From NCBI GenBank assembly GCA_965198175.1, contig OZ240245.1:3675030-3739029 (forward strand): 64,000 bases of DNA, in the 5' to 3' direction. Every line of letters starts with the position of its first letter. The stretch's first letter is position 1. The position numbers and the translations under genes were made by a program. The notes beneath the pieces were generated by a model, which ran no database searches, was not told where the DNA came from, and saw only the letters and a program-made list of their open reading frames with translations. Source of the stretch: Candidatus Poribacteria bacterium (GTDB taxonomy: Bacteria; Poribacteria; WGA-4E; PCPOR2b). Of this stretch, positions 38,007-47,364 are shown one piece after another.

Positions 38007-40245
38007 TCACCATCCGCCGTAACGAGCTGTAATTACCCGTACTGAGCTGATAGAAATAGGTGCCGCTTGTGACGCGTTCTCCGTTATGATTGCGGCCGTC
38101 CCAATACGCTGCTTTTGCTTTGTCTCGGTAGACTCCCGATTTTTGACGGCCAATGTCGAGCCTGCGCACGATATGCCCGCTCTGGTCATAGATGCTGAAA
38201 TTCACGAGCGCATCGTTTGCCAACTTATACGGTATCCACGTTTCGGGGTTGAACGGATTCGGATAATTTTGCAGCAACGCCGTCCGTTTGATGCTTCCGA
38301 GCGTCGTGGTGAGTCTTCCTAACGGTTCCACTCCAACCCCAACTCCGGTGGAAGAGATAAGTTCCCACAGCATCACGGTGCCATCGTAACCCGAGCTAGC
38401 CAGGGTTTCGCCGTCGGGGCTGAACGCAAGGTTAAAGACCCACAATGAATGTCCTTTGAGTGAAGTTACGAGTTCCCACGTATCGGTGTCCCAGAGACGA
38501 ACCTTTCCGTCCCAACCCCCACTGGCGAGTGTGCGTCCATCGGGACTGAACGCAAGGCTATTGATCGAATACGCATCTGGCACATCTATGGTTCGCAGCA
38601 GTTCTCCCTTATCAGCATTCCATAATGAAATTGTTTTCCCGCCCCCGCTTGCGAAGAGGTTGCCGTCCGGACTGAACGCAACGCTATCAATAGGCCCCTC
38701 ATGCCCATCTAACCGGCGTAGCCGTTCTCCTGTTTCTACGTCCCACAGAAAAAGTGAGTCCCAACTCCCGCTTGCCAGCTTTCCGCCATCAGGGCTGAAC
38801 GCCACACTTTTCAGATCGCGCAAATGCCCGGTGAGGGTACGCAGCGCTTTCCCCGTATCGGCGTCCCACAAACGGACCGTATTGTCCCGACTCGCGCTTG
38901 CGATAGTGCTGCCATCCGGACTGAACGCGACACTATTGACCATCAAGGTATGCCCCTCCAGCCTTAGTTGCTCTTCTCCAGTGTCGGCGTCCCGCACACT
39001 GACAGTATTGTCCCAACTCGTGGTGGCAATCGTGCCGCCATCAGGGTTGAACGCAACGATATTGATAGAACCGAAATCGATAAACGAACGCCGGCGTTCT
39101 CCCGTTTCAGAGTTCCAAAACCGGATACCGTTCCAACTCGCACTTGCGACGGTGCCGCCGTCTGGACTATACGCAATGCTGTTGGCTGCAGAGTAATGTC
39201 CGGCGATGGTGCGAAGCAGTTCACCCGATTCGACGTCCCACAGTCGGACGGTCTCGGAAGCGCTCAAACCGGCAATCGTGCTGCCGTCGGGGCTAAATGT
39301 AACTGTATCATCGCGCGAACCCGATCCGTTGAGGGTTCGCAACTCTTCTCCCGTTTCGGGGTTCCACAATCGGATAACGTCCTGGCCCCCGGTAGCAAGG
39401 ATTCTCGCATCGGGACTGAACGCAACTGTTTCCACCGAACGCAATGCGATAAGTGTGCGCAGGTGTTTTCCGGTTTGGGCGTCCCATAGCCGAGCGGTAC
39501 CGTCCCGACTCCCGCTTGCGAGGATGTTTCCGTCGGGACTGAACGCTACACTATACACGTAACCCGTGTGCCCCTCGAGTGTGTTCAGGTGTTCTCCAGT
39601 ATCGGCGTCCCACAGGCCGATGGTTCTGTCTGCGCCCGCGCTCGCGATAATGCGGCTATCCGGACTAAACGCGAAGCCGTTGACCCAACTCCCATATCCG
39701 TTGAGTGTGCGAAGATGTTTTCCCGTATTGGCGTCCCAAATTTCAATATCTCGGTTCCCACTTTCGCTTGCTATAGTGCGTCCATCGGGACTGAACAAAA
39801 GGCTGTTGGCCGTACCCGATCCTTTTAGCGTTTCCAGATGTTTTCCCGTATTGGCGTCCCACAGTCGAATGTCATCGTCCCAACTTGCCCCTGCGATTGT
39901 GCTGCCATCGGGACTAAACGCAATGCTGTCGACGTCCGTATTCCCGGCAAGCAGGTCGGCTTCCTTATGGGTTTCTGTATCGTAAAGCCAAATTCCGATT
40001 CCGCTGGCAACCGCGAGTCCGGTACCGTCGGGCGTATACACTATTTCGTGTATTCTGCCTTGACCGAGGCGCAATTTGGCGCCCTCGGGGAGACCCCACT
40101 GCAGAGAATCCTGGGCGTAGCTGTGAGGTGCCCACAGCGCGGCAAGGAACAATAGGCTAAGTGTGAAAACCATTGATTTCTTCATTGGAATAATCCTCCA
40201 TGTTTGAGTTTGGGGGCGCATCCCCGCGATTTCTACTTTTGGCAA
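37996..40245 (-). CDS. WD40 beta-propeller protein with a C-terminal T9SS type-A sorting domain (LLQNYPNPFNPETWIPYKL..)
   Basis: It has a signal peptide and at least 12 WD40 units (..WD, SPDG). The final 90 or so aa match the Por-secretion CTD consensus. Confidence 0.75.
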   Translation of the reverse strand: MPKVEIAGMRPQTQTWRIIPMKKSMVFTLSLLFLAALWAPHSYAQDSLQWGLPEGAKLRLGQGRIHEIVYTPDGTGLAVASGIGIWLYDTETHKEADLLAGNTDVDSIAFSPDGSTIAGASWDDDIRLWDANTGKHLETLKGSGTANSLLFSPDGRTIASESGNRDIEIWDANTGKHLRTLNGYGSWVNGFAFSPDSRIIASAGADRTIGLWDADTGEHLNTLEGHTGYVYSVAFSPDGNILASGSRDGTARLWDAQTGKHLRTLIALRSVETVAFSPDARILATGGQDVIRLWNPETGEELRTLNGSGSRDDTVTFSPDGSTIAGLSASETVRLWDVESGELLRTIAGHYSAANSIAYSPDGGTVASASWNGIRFWNSETGERRRSFIDFGSINIVAFNPDGGTIATTSWDNTVSVRDADTGEEQLRLEGHTLMVNSVAFSPDGSTIASASRDNTVRLWDADTGKALRTLTGHLRDLKSVAFSPDGGKLASGSWDSLFLWDVETGERLRRLDGHEGPIDSVAFSPDGNLFASGGGKTISLWNADKGELLRTIDVPDAYSINSLAFSPDGRTLASGGWDGKVRLWDTDTWELVTSLKGHSLWVFNLAFSPDGETLASSGYDGTVMLWELISSTGVGVGVEPLGRLTTTLGSIKRTALLQNYPNPFNPETWIPYKLANDALVNFSIYDQSGHIVRRLDIGRQKSGVYRDKAKAAYWDGRNHNGERVTSGTYFYQLSTGNYSSLRRMVIVK

Positions 40246-41327
40246 ACTTCCTCTAATTTAAAGCCTGACTAAAATAGAAAAAGTTACAGGAACGGTTGGT
40301 GTTCACGACTGTTCATTTCGGAAGTTTATTCAGAACCAATTTAAGAAGAAAATATAAACCGCGCAAGTTATTCCGGTGATTTGTCAAATGTTGAATGAGA
40401 GCAACCGCCACCACTTATGCTAACCTGTCAACCGCTAAGAACACCTCTCAAAGTCGGTTTGTGCTTAAGAGAATAGTCTTAAAGGTTGACTTGCCGAATC
40501 ACTGAGTTAACAGAGTGAAGAAGGCAATATGAACCAATTGGTCTGATTTGACGAAAACCTAGAGATTTTGCTGCCTTCAGCCGGTTGCTTCATCTACCAT
40601 TACGTAAATGTTTCCTTGCAAGGAAGCCTAATATGCGAACCTGAATCCGGTTCTACGAGATTTTTCAATGCAAATTATACGCCAACACATAATCTACTTC
40701 AAGTTAGGACTAGGTAAGCCTGATGTATCAAGGCAGGCGAACAGTTTGAGATTTTTCATCTAGAGCGCCGGCTGCTGCACGAAACAGTGCAGTTTGAACG
40801 AACCCTTGCACTGTTTCGTGCACCTCCCAATATTTCGGGTTCATTGAGACAATGCGCTTTTCTGTTTTTCAACAGATTTCTAGCGATAATTATACACTCT
40901 CATGTACTTAATCATCAACTCCGTCAAGTCACGATGCCAGTGGCGAATGCTATTACATGATACGCCTCCGTGGCAAACTGTCTATTTACGATTCAGAAAA
41001 TGGCGAGCTGACGATACACGGTTCTTGATTCATCACGGCACTTCGCGAACAAACATGCCACGATGTTGACGAATTACCATCACCGACAGCCAATCGGTTA
41101 AGACGACCATTGGCTAAAAGGGGGAAAAGCAAATATAATGCCAGCTCGAAATGCTTTAAAAATTAGGCGCGACGCGGCACATTACTTGAGAAACTGTTCA
41201 ATACATGAACAGAGTTGTCCACAAACTGAGCGTTCGTAACTGGCTTGACTGATAATGTTATTTTGAGAGGCGAACCTAGTTTAACTTTACGGCAACCGTT
41301 GGGAACGCGCCTGCTGCTCTCGCACAA

Positions 41328-42368
41328 CTATCTAGATAGTGTACTTCCCAACTGTTTAATCCAGCCCCAACTCAATGGTTGCTTCCCGGCAGGAGAAACT
41401 GCGAACTCAACGATAAAGTCCGGGGCGAACCACGCCGGAGACCGGTTGAATGGGCCCGCCTGCCCAATTACCGGTAGGTCAAAGCGATTTTCGTGATTCC
41501 CCTTGCCCGCCCCCGCCTTCACTTCGTATATGGTAATCTTCGAGGAACCGCCTCCGAATATGATTGTGGCTACTTCCTTACCGTCCGGGTTCCACGTCAG
41601 ATCCTGCTTTTCTTCCTGGCTAAAAATTTCATAGACATTTTGGGCACCCTCATCGCCGAGTTCGGCGTCCATCACCCATACATTACCGGTCCCATCTCGT
41701 CGCGTAATCCATCCAATCCGGTCCCCGTCGTGCGAAAATTCGGGCTGGATGTCCTCGCCCTTATGATTTGTGAAATTCACCTGGTTGCCACCGTCTGAAT
41801 TCATCACGTAGATGTCTCCGAGCGTCCGTCCTCGTTTGGAAGCGAACGCAATTCGCCGACCATCCGGCGACCATGAGGGCATTCTATCTGGGGCTGGGTC
41901 GTTTGTGAGGTTGGCAATAATATTGCCCTCGACCGACATTACGTAAATTTCGAGGTTCCCGTCCCGATCAGAAGCGATGGCGAGATTTCTGCCGCCAGGG
42001 TGCCAGTCGGGCCAGCTATCTACCCCTTCATGATCGGTGATTCGCCTCAGGTTCTTGCCGTCAGCGTCTACGATATAGATATCGGTATTTTTCTGCGACG
42101 TCGCATGGAACGCAAGTTTTCGGCCATCCGTGGACCATTCAAGTCCAAGCGGCCGCGGATCGTCATTATCTGTTGCAATGTTGAGCAATGCATTCACAGC
42201 GCCTTTCCCTTCGGGATTTGTCAAAAAAATTGTCTCCTCGCCGGATACTGCTATTGTCGCTTCGTTGGGTGCGAGCGCCTGCCCGCCTATGGGTATAACG
42301 AGGTTGATTAGGATTACCAAGTTGGAGAATGCCAAGATTCTCAAAGTTAATCGCGTTCTTTTTTGCAT
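41328..42368 (-). CDS. TolB-like periplasmic beta-propeller (PD40 repeats), paralogue 1
   Basis: It has a signal peptide, repeated WSPDGRRIAF/SPDG motifs and a conserved tail PAWFAPDFIVEFAVSPAGKQPLSWGWIKQLG. Confidence 0.7.
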   Translation of the reverse strand: MQKRTRLTLRILAFSNLVILINLVIPIGGQALAPNEATIAVSGEETIFLTNPEGKGAVNALLNIATDNDDPRPLGLEWSTDGRKLAFHATSQKNTDIYIVDADGKNLRRITDHEGVDSWPDWHPGGRNLAIASDRDGNLEIYVMSVEGNIIANLTNDPAPDRMPSWSPDGRRIAFASKRGRTLGDIYVMNSDGGNQVNFTNHKGEDIQPEFSHDGDRIGWITRRDGTGNVWVMDAELGDEGAQNVYEIFSQEEKQDLTWNPDGKEVATIIFGGGSSKITIYEVKAGAGKGNHENRFDLPVIGQAGPFNRSPAWFAPDFIVEFAVSPAGKQPLSWGWIKQLGSTLSR

Positions 42369-42569
42369 AAGTCTTGCCTCCGCTTTACAATTTAAAAATT
42401 TACGGCAGTCGCCGTTTATCTAGAAAACTACTGAGAACCAATTGGAATAGGAAAACAACTAGAGTCGAGTGTTGTGCTGTAGCTCAATTTCACTTGTACG
42501 CCGCTCCATTTCTGGTGAGGCATGCAGCAGGTTGAATTATCCGTACGATTGGCGAACGAACCGGAACGC

Positions 42570-42899
42570 CTACTCAACCCTGCCAATCTTGGCGGCTTCT
42601 GGCGCCCGCGTCGGCAAATTCTGCTTAGCGAGCTGATCTTCCGGGATATAGTTGGAGTAATCAGAAATTTTACCGTGGGTCAATGAGTAAACAACAACGT
42701 TTGTCATAAACCGATATACGCCTGGAGAGTAGTGTACGGACCTCGTCGGTAGACTTACCGCCTCCATTGCGCACATGTAATCGCGGCGGACTAATAGCAC
42801 CGAAAGCTTTTCACCAACGGAGATTCCTTCAAGGAAATTGCGTTTTGGTGCTTTTGTGCCAAACCAGAAGATATCGAACCCAACTGGCGGGCCGCCCAT
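42570..42899 (-). CDS. TonB C-terminal-domain-like protein or fragment (109 aa), in the -1 frame relative to 42791-43303
   Basis: The sequence ..LEGISVGEKLSVLLV..AMEAVSL..VHYSPG loosely resembles the TonB C-terminal domain. It has no signal peptide or TM helix of its own. It overlaps the upstream ORF by 109 nt. Confidence 0.4.
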   Translation of the reverse strand: MGGPPVGFDIFWFGTKAPKRNFLEGISVGEKLSVLLVRRDYMCAMEAVSLPTRSVHYSPGVYRFMTNVVVYSLTHGKISDYSNYIPEDQLAKQNLPTRAPEAAKIGRVE

Positions 42900-43303
42900 T
42901 TCATAGAAGTTGTTATAGACCTCGTGTTAACGACCTTGGGAACATTAGGATTGATGGGTTGGTTGAGTTTGACGACTTTATTCGAGAATTCGAGCACCGT
43001 TTGGGGCTCTAAGGATTTCGTGCGAACGACTGCAGTGGTTGTGACTCTGGGTTGCACCTGAACCTGTTCAACGACAACGGTGTTATCCGTTGGAATATTA
43101 GGTTTAATCTGTTTGATAACCGGCTTACGAACTTGGGGTTTCGGCGGCTCAGGCAGTTCAAGAACTTGGGCACCGACTAAGTCTTTGAATTGCGGGGTTT
43201 GTGTGACGAGATAAACACCGAGAATCAGCACAGCGACTCCGTGAAGAATCAACGATGTCATCAAGGCACCTGAAGTTTTCTTGGCACTCATCTTCTGCGT
43301 CAC
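42791..43303 (-). CDS. TonB/TolA-like N-terminal part with a cytoplasmic stub, a TM helix and a Pro-rich spacer (170 aa)
   Basis: The hydrophobic helix is ALMTSLILHGVAVLILGVYLV and the Pro-rich stretch is ELPEPPKPQVRKPVIKQIKPNIP. Confidence 0.5.
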   Translation of the reverse strand: MTQKMSAKKTSGALMTSLILHGVAVLILGVYLVTQTPQFKDLVGAQVLELPEPPKPQVRKPVIKQIKPNIPTDNTVVVEQVQVQPRVTTTAVVRTKSLEPQTVLEFSNKVVKLNQPINPNVPKVVNTRSITTSMKWAARQLGSISSGLAQKHQNAISLKESPLVKSFRCY

Positions 43304-43749
43304 CTCCGATTCGTTAAAGGAAGCGTGGTATTGGACTTAAAATTGAACTGCGCTGCCATTTCGCGGGCTTTATTCTGGATTGTTAATCCCCGTGCCAACC
43401 TGTCTATTTACGATTCAGAAAATGGCGAGCTGACGATACACGGTTCCTGATTCATCACGGCACTTCGCGAACAAACATGCCACGATGTTAACGAATTACC
43501 ATCACCGACAGCCAATCGGTTAAGACGACCGTTGGCTAAAAGGGGGAAAAGCAAATATAATGCCAGCTCGAAATGCTTTAAAAATTAGGCGCGACGCGGC
43601 ACATTACTTGAGAAACTGTTCAATACATGAACAGAGTTGTCCACAAACTGAGCGTTCGTAACTGGCTTGACTGATAATGTTATTTTGAGAGGCGAACCTA
43701 GTTTAACTTTACGGCAACCGTTGGGAACGCGCCTGCTGCTCTCGCACAA

Positions 43750-44796
43750 CTATCTAGATAGTGTGCTTCCCAACTGCTTGATCCAGCCCCAACTCAATGG
43801 TTGTTTCCCGGCAGGAGAAACAGCAAACTCAACCACAAAGTCCGGATCGAACCACGCAGGTGCCCGGTTGATCGAACCAGCCGCCCCAATTACCGGCAGG
43901 TTAAACCGATTTTCGTGATTCCCCTTTCCCCCTGCATCCTTCACCTCGTAAATAACTATCCACGCGGAACCGCCCGCGAACATGATTGTGGCAACTTCCT
44001 TGCCGTCCGGGTTCCACGTCAGATCCTGTTTCTCCTCTTGGCTAAAAATCTCGTACACATTTTCGGCGCCTTCATCACCGAGTTCGGCGTCCATTACCCA
44101 CACGTTGCCGGTTCCGTCTCGTCGTGTGACCCATCCAATCCGGTCACCGTCGTGCGAAAATTCGGGCTGGATGTCCTCACCCTTATGATTTGTGAAATTC
44201 ACCTGGTTGCCACCGTCTGAATTCATCACGTAGATGTCTCCGAGCGTCCGTCCCCGTTTCGAGGCGAACGCAATTCGCCGGCCATCCGGCGACCAGGAGG
44301 GCATTTTGTCTGGGGCAGGGTCGTTAGTGAGGTTGGCTATTGCATTCCCGCCGCTCGTGATTACGTAGATCTCGAGGTTCCCATCTCGGTCGGATGCGAT
44401 AGCGAGCTTATTGCCGCTAGGGTGCCAGTCGGGCCAGCTATCTTCCCCTTCATGATCTGTGATTCGCTTGAGGTTCTTACCATCGGCGTCTACGATAAAG
44501 ACATCGGAATTTTTCTGCGACGTAGCATGGAACGCAAGTTTTCGGCCATCCGGGGACCATTCAATTCCAAGAGGTCGCGGGGCGTCCTTATCTGTTTCAA
44601 TGTTGAGTAGTGCATTGACAGCGCCGCCGCCCTTCCCTTCAGGATCTGTCAAAAAGATAGTCTCCTCGCCAGATACTGCTAATGTCGCTTTGTTGGGTGC
44701 GAGCGCCTGCCCGCCCATTGTAAAAATGAAGTTGAATAGGAAAACAAAACTGGAAACTGCCACGAATCCCAACGTTGATAGCTTTCTGCATTGCAT
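43750..44796 (-). CDS. TolB-like periplasmic beta-propeller, paralogue 2
   Basis: The C-terminal half is nearly identical to paralogue 1. The N-terminal 130 or so aa are about 75% identical. Confidence 0.7.
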   Translation of the reverse strand: MQCRKLSTLGFVAVSSFVFLFNFIFTMGGQALAPNKATLAVSGEETIFLTDPEGKGGGAVNALLNIETDKDAPRPLGIEWSPDGRKLAFHATSQKNSDVFIVDADGKNLKRITDHEGEDSWPDWHPSGNKLAIASDRDGNLEIYVITSGGNAIANLTNDPAPDKMPSWSPDGRRIAFASKRGRTLGDIYVMNSDGGNQVNFTNHKGEDIQPEFSHDGDRIGWVTRRDGTGNVWVMDAELGDEGAENVYEIFSQEEKQDLTWNPDGKEVATIMFAGGSAWIVIYEVKDAGGKGNHENRFNLPVIGAAGSINRAPAWFDPDFVVEFAVSPAGKQPLSWGWIKQLGSTLSR

Positions 44797-44987
44797 AGTT
44801 CTTACCTCCTCTTCACGAGTTTAAAAATCACGGCAAGCGCCGTTTCTCTGTCAAAAACTACTTGAAAACAGTTCCCATTAGGTAATAAAACAGGGTAGAA
44901 ATTGTAATACGCCAATTCTGCTTGCGCGTTTCCAGATAAGAAATTGGAAAACGGTAACGACCCAAATCGACCAACGAACCGTGGAAT

Positions 44988-45317
44988 CTACTCAACCATG
45001 CCAATCTTCGCGGCTTCTGGCGCCCGCGTCGGCAGGTTCTGGTTAGCTAGCTGATCCTCCGGGATATAGTTTGAGTAATCGGAAATCTGACCGTGGGTCA
45101 ATGAGTAAACAACAACGTTCGTCATAAACCGATATACGCCTGGAGAGTAGTGCACCGAACGCGTTGGTAGGCTTACTGCCTCCATCGCGCACATGTAATC
45201 ACGGCGAACTAGCAACACCGAAAGTTTTTCACCAACGGAGATTCCTTCAAGGAAATTGCGTTTTCGTGCTTTTGCACCAAACCAGAAGATATCGAACCCA
45301 ACCGGTGGTCCTCCCAT
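44988..45317 (-). CDS. TonB C-terminal-domain-like protein or fragment, copy 2
   Basis: It differs from 42570-42899 by four aa. Confidence 0.4.
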   Translation of the reverse strand: MGGPPVGFDIFWFGAKARKRNFLEGISVGEKLSVLLVRRDYMCAMEAVSLPTRSVHYSPGVYRFMTNVVVYSLTHGQISDYSNYIPEDQLANQNLPTRAPEAAKIGMVE

Positions 45318-45721
45318 CTCATAGAAGTTGTTATAGACCTCGTGTTAACGACCTTGGGAACATTAGGATTGATGGGTTGGTTGAGTTTGACGACTTTATT
45401 CGAGAATTCGAGCACCGTTTGGGGCTCTAAGGATTTCGTGCGAACGACTGCAGTGGTTGTGACTCTGGGTTGCACCTGAACCTGTTCAACGACAACGGTG
45501 TTATCCGTTGGAATATTAGGTTTAATCTGTTTGATAACCGGCTTACGAACTTGGGGTTTCGGCGGCTCAGGCAGTTCAAGAACTTGGGCACCGACTAAGT
45601 CTTTGAATTGCGGGGTTTGTGTGACGAGATAAACACCGAGAATCAGCACAGCGACTCCGTGAAGAATCAACGATGTCATCAAGGCACCTGAAGTTTTCTT
45701 GGCACTCATCTTCTGCGTCAC
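45209..45721 (-). CDS. TonB/TolA-like N-terminal part, copy 2
   Basis: The first 140 or so aa are identical to 42791-43303. Confidence 0.5.
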   Translation of the reverse strand: MTQKMSAKKTSGALMTSLILHGVAVLILGVYLVTQTPQFKDLVGAQVLELPEPPKPQVRKPVIKQIKPNIPTDNTVVVEQVQVQPRVTTTAVVRTKSLEPQTVLEFSNKVVKLNQPINPNVPKVVNTRSITTSMRWEDHRLGSISSGLVQKHENAISLKESPLVKNFRCC

Positions 45722-45787
45722 CTCCGATTCGTTAAAGGAAGCGTGGTATTGGACTTAAAATTGAACTGCGCTGCCATTTCGCGGGCT

Positions 45788-46816
45788 TTATTCTGGATTG
45801 TTAATCCCCGTGCCAACCTGTTTAATCCAACTCCAGGTCAATGGACGCTTCTCGCCGGGCGATACGGCAAACTGCACAACAAAGTCAGGGTCAAACCAGT
45901 CGGGAGATCGGCTCCCCTGCCATTCCGCGGCGAGTGGCAGGACTTTTCCGTCGGCACGTAAATCGTTTACGACTTCATCTGAATCCATCACAGCGATTTC
46001 CACAAACGGCGCATCCGATAGGACGAGCATTGTACCATCCGGAGACCACGCCGGGTCAAAGTCACAACGCGGTCCGGGCGTGAGATTCTTTACATTTTCT
46101 CCATTAGCATCCATTGTGTGGACATCGCCAGTACCATTGCGTCGGGAGGTCCAGACAATCTTTTGGCTGTCTGGCGACCAACGGGGGTAGCCGTCATCGC
46201 CGCGATGGTTGGTAAGATTCAGCAAGTTTTCGCCATTTGCATCCATGGTGTAGACATCTGAAAGAGTTCTGCCCCGCTTGGTAGCGAACGCAATCTTTCG
46301 ACCGTCTGCCGACCAATCGGGTTGCTTGTCTGGGGCGGGATCGTTTGTGAGGTTCACCCCGACGTTCCCCTGAGCTGTCATTGTGTAGATTTCATAGTTG
46401 CCATCCCGGTTAGTGGTGAAGGCCATCCGCTGACCGCTCGGGTGCCAAGTAGGCCAGCTATCTTCTGCGTCATGGTTGGTGAGTCTCCTGAGCTTCCCCC
46501 CGTCGGCGTTTACAACGTAGATATCAACGTTATCGTTCAGATCGGCATGGAACACAACCCTTCGGCCATCCGGGGACCACCTTACACCCAAGGGTTGGAC
46601 GTCTGCTTTCAGTTGTAGGTCCAATAATGGGCGTAGATTTTCCCCGTCAGGGTCCATCAGCCAAAGATCGCCGTCCGGTTGGCTGCTGGAAAAAACGATT
46701 GTCGGGTCATCGGGTGCCTGCTGTGCTTGAGCGCCTACGGAAAGCATCAAGCTACTCAGAAAAAGCACACCGACCGATAAAAGAGTCCGCGTGGCTAATG
46801 GTAATCTGGGTTGCAT
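45788..46816 (-). CDS. TolB-like periplasmic beta-propeller, paralogue 3
   Basis: PD40 repeats are present. The tail SPDWFDPDFVVQFAVSPGEKRPLTWSWIKQVG is conserved. Confidence 0.7.
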   Translation of the reverse strand: MQPRLPLATRTLLSVGVLFLSSLMLSVGAQAQQAPDDPTIVFSSSQPDGDLWLMDPDGENLRPLLDLQLKADVQPLGVRWSPDGRRVVFHADLNDNVDIYVVNADGGKLRRLTNHDAEDSWPTWHPSGQRMAFTTNRDGNYEIYTMTAQGNVGVNLTNDPAPDKQPDWSADGRKIAFATKRGRTLSDVYTMDANGENLLNLTNHRGDDGYPRWSPDSQKIVWTSRRNGTGDVHTMDANGENVKNLTPGPRCDFDPAWSPDGTMLVLSDAPFVEIAVMDSDEVVNDLRADGKVLPLAAEWQGSRSPDWFDPDFVVQFAVSPGEKRPLTWSWIKQVGTGINNPE

Positions 46817-47364
46817 TGTTATTACCTCTTCTCGCTGTGTTGGTAGTTTGGGTCGGAAGATACAAATCTGAAAAGGAGAAATCCCTTACTCCATTCAAGG
46901 ACAACCTTCGGCGAGTTATCTGGATTGTTCATTTTGCTCAACATAACATTCCGGACAAACCACTATGAGACCTCGACAGGATAGGGGTTACACGTAATTA
47001 TACCATTATTTTATTACTTATGGCTCTAAATGTCAACCTATTTAGTATACTACCACCTAACCGTTCTCAGACCTGAATAAAGAGAGGACCATTGTTCAAT
47101 TGCTACTAAATTGTCGGACAAGTTTCGAACGGTGGTATCAATCGACTGAACGCGGGGCATCCCTGTCCCGATAATCCGGGCTAAGAAGCCTTCCTAAAGT
47201 TATTGTCAACGCTAACCGCACCTCGAATTAGCTCGCACTGACAGAAGTAATGGATCCGTTCGTCAGGGAACGAGTGTAGGATTCGGAATCCCGACCTACC
47301 GATTCAAAATTCACATTAGGCTGTATTAAGGTCGAGTCCTTACGGAGATTTGTGAACTGGATTA

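Larger units (their letters stand above)
40976..43399 (-). repeat. tandem duplication unit A (2424 bp: TonB-like, TolB-like and a 370-bp non-coding tail); unit B is 43400-45822
   Basis: The non-coding 370 bp (40976-41349 against 43400-43770) are more than 99% identical. The coding parts are 75-100% identical in a mosaic pattern. Confidence 0.7.

Noticed and set aside
38456-39985. Family of plus-strand ORFs (246, 173, 118 and 139 aa) with SGLNATL-type repeats inside the WD40 gene
   Set aside because: They are reverse-frame shadows of the WD40 repeat DNA. The minus-strand WD40 reading frame is continuous and ends in a recognisable T9SS CTD.
41245-41496. 83-aa plus-strand ORFs (also at 43667-43918) duplicated with the tandem units
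   Set aside because: They overlap the 3' ends of the TolB-like genes on the opposite strand. They have no RBS. Their duplication simply follows the duplicated DNA. They may lie within an antisense transcript but are unlikely to be translated.
42899-42930. Programmed -1 ribosomal frameshift joining the TonB-like halves
   Set aside because: No X_XXY_YYZ slippery heptamer is present in the 0-frame within the permissible window. A frameshift mutation, or genuinely separate ORFs, is more parsimonious. The case is kept as a finding with that caveat.
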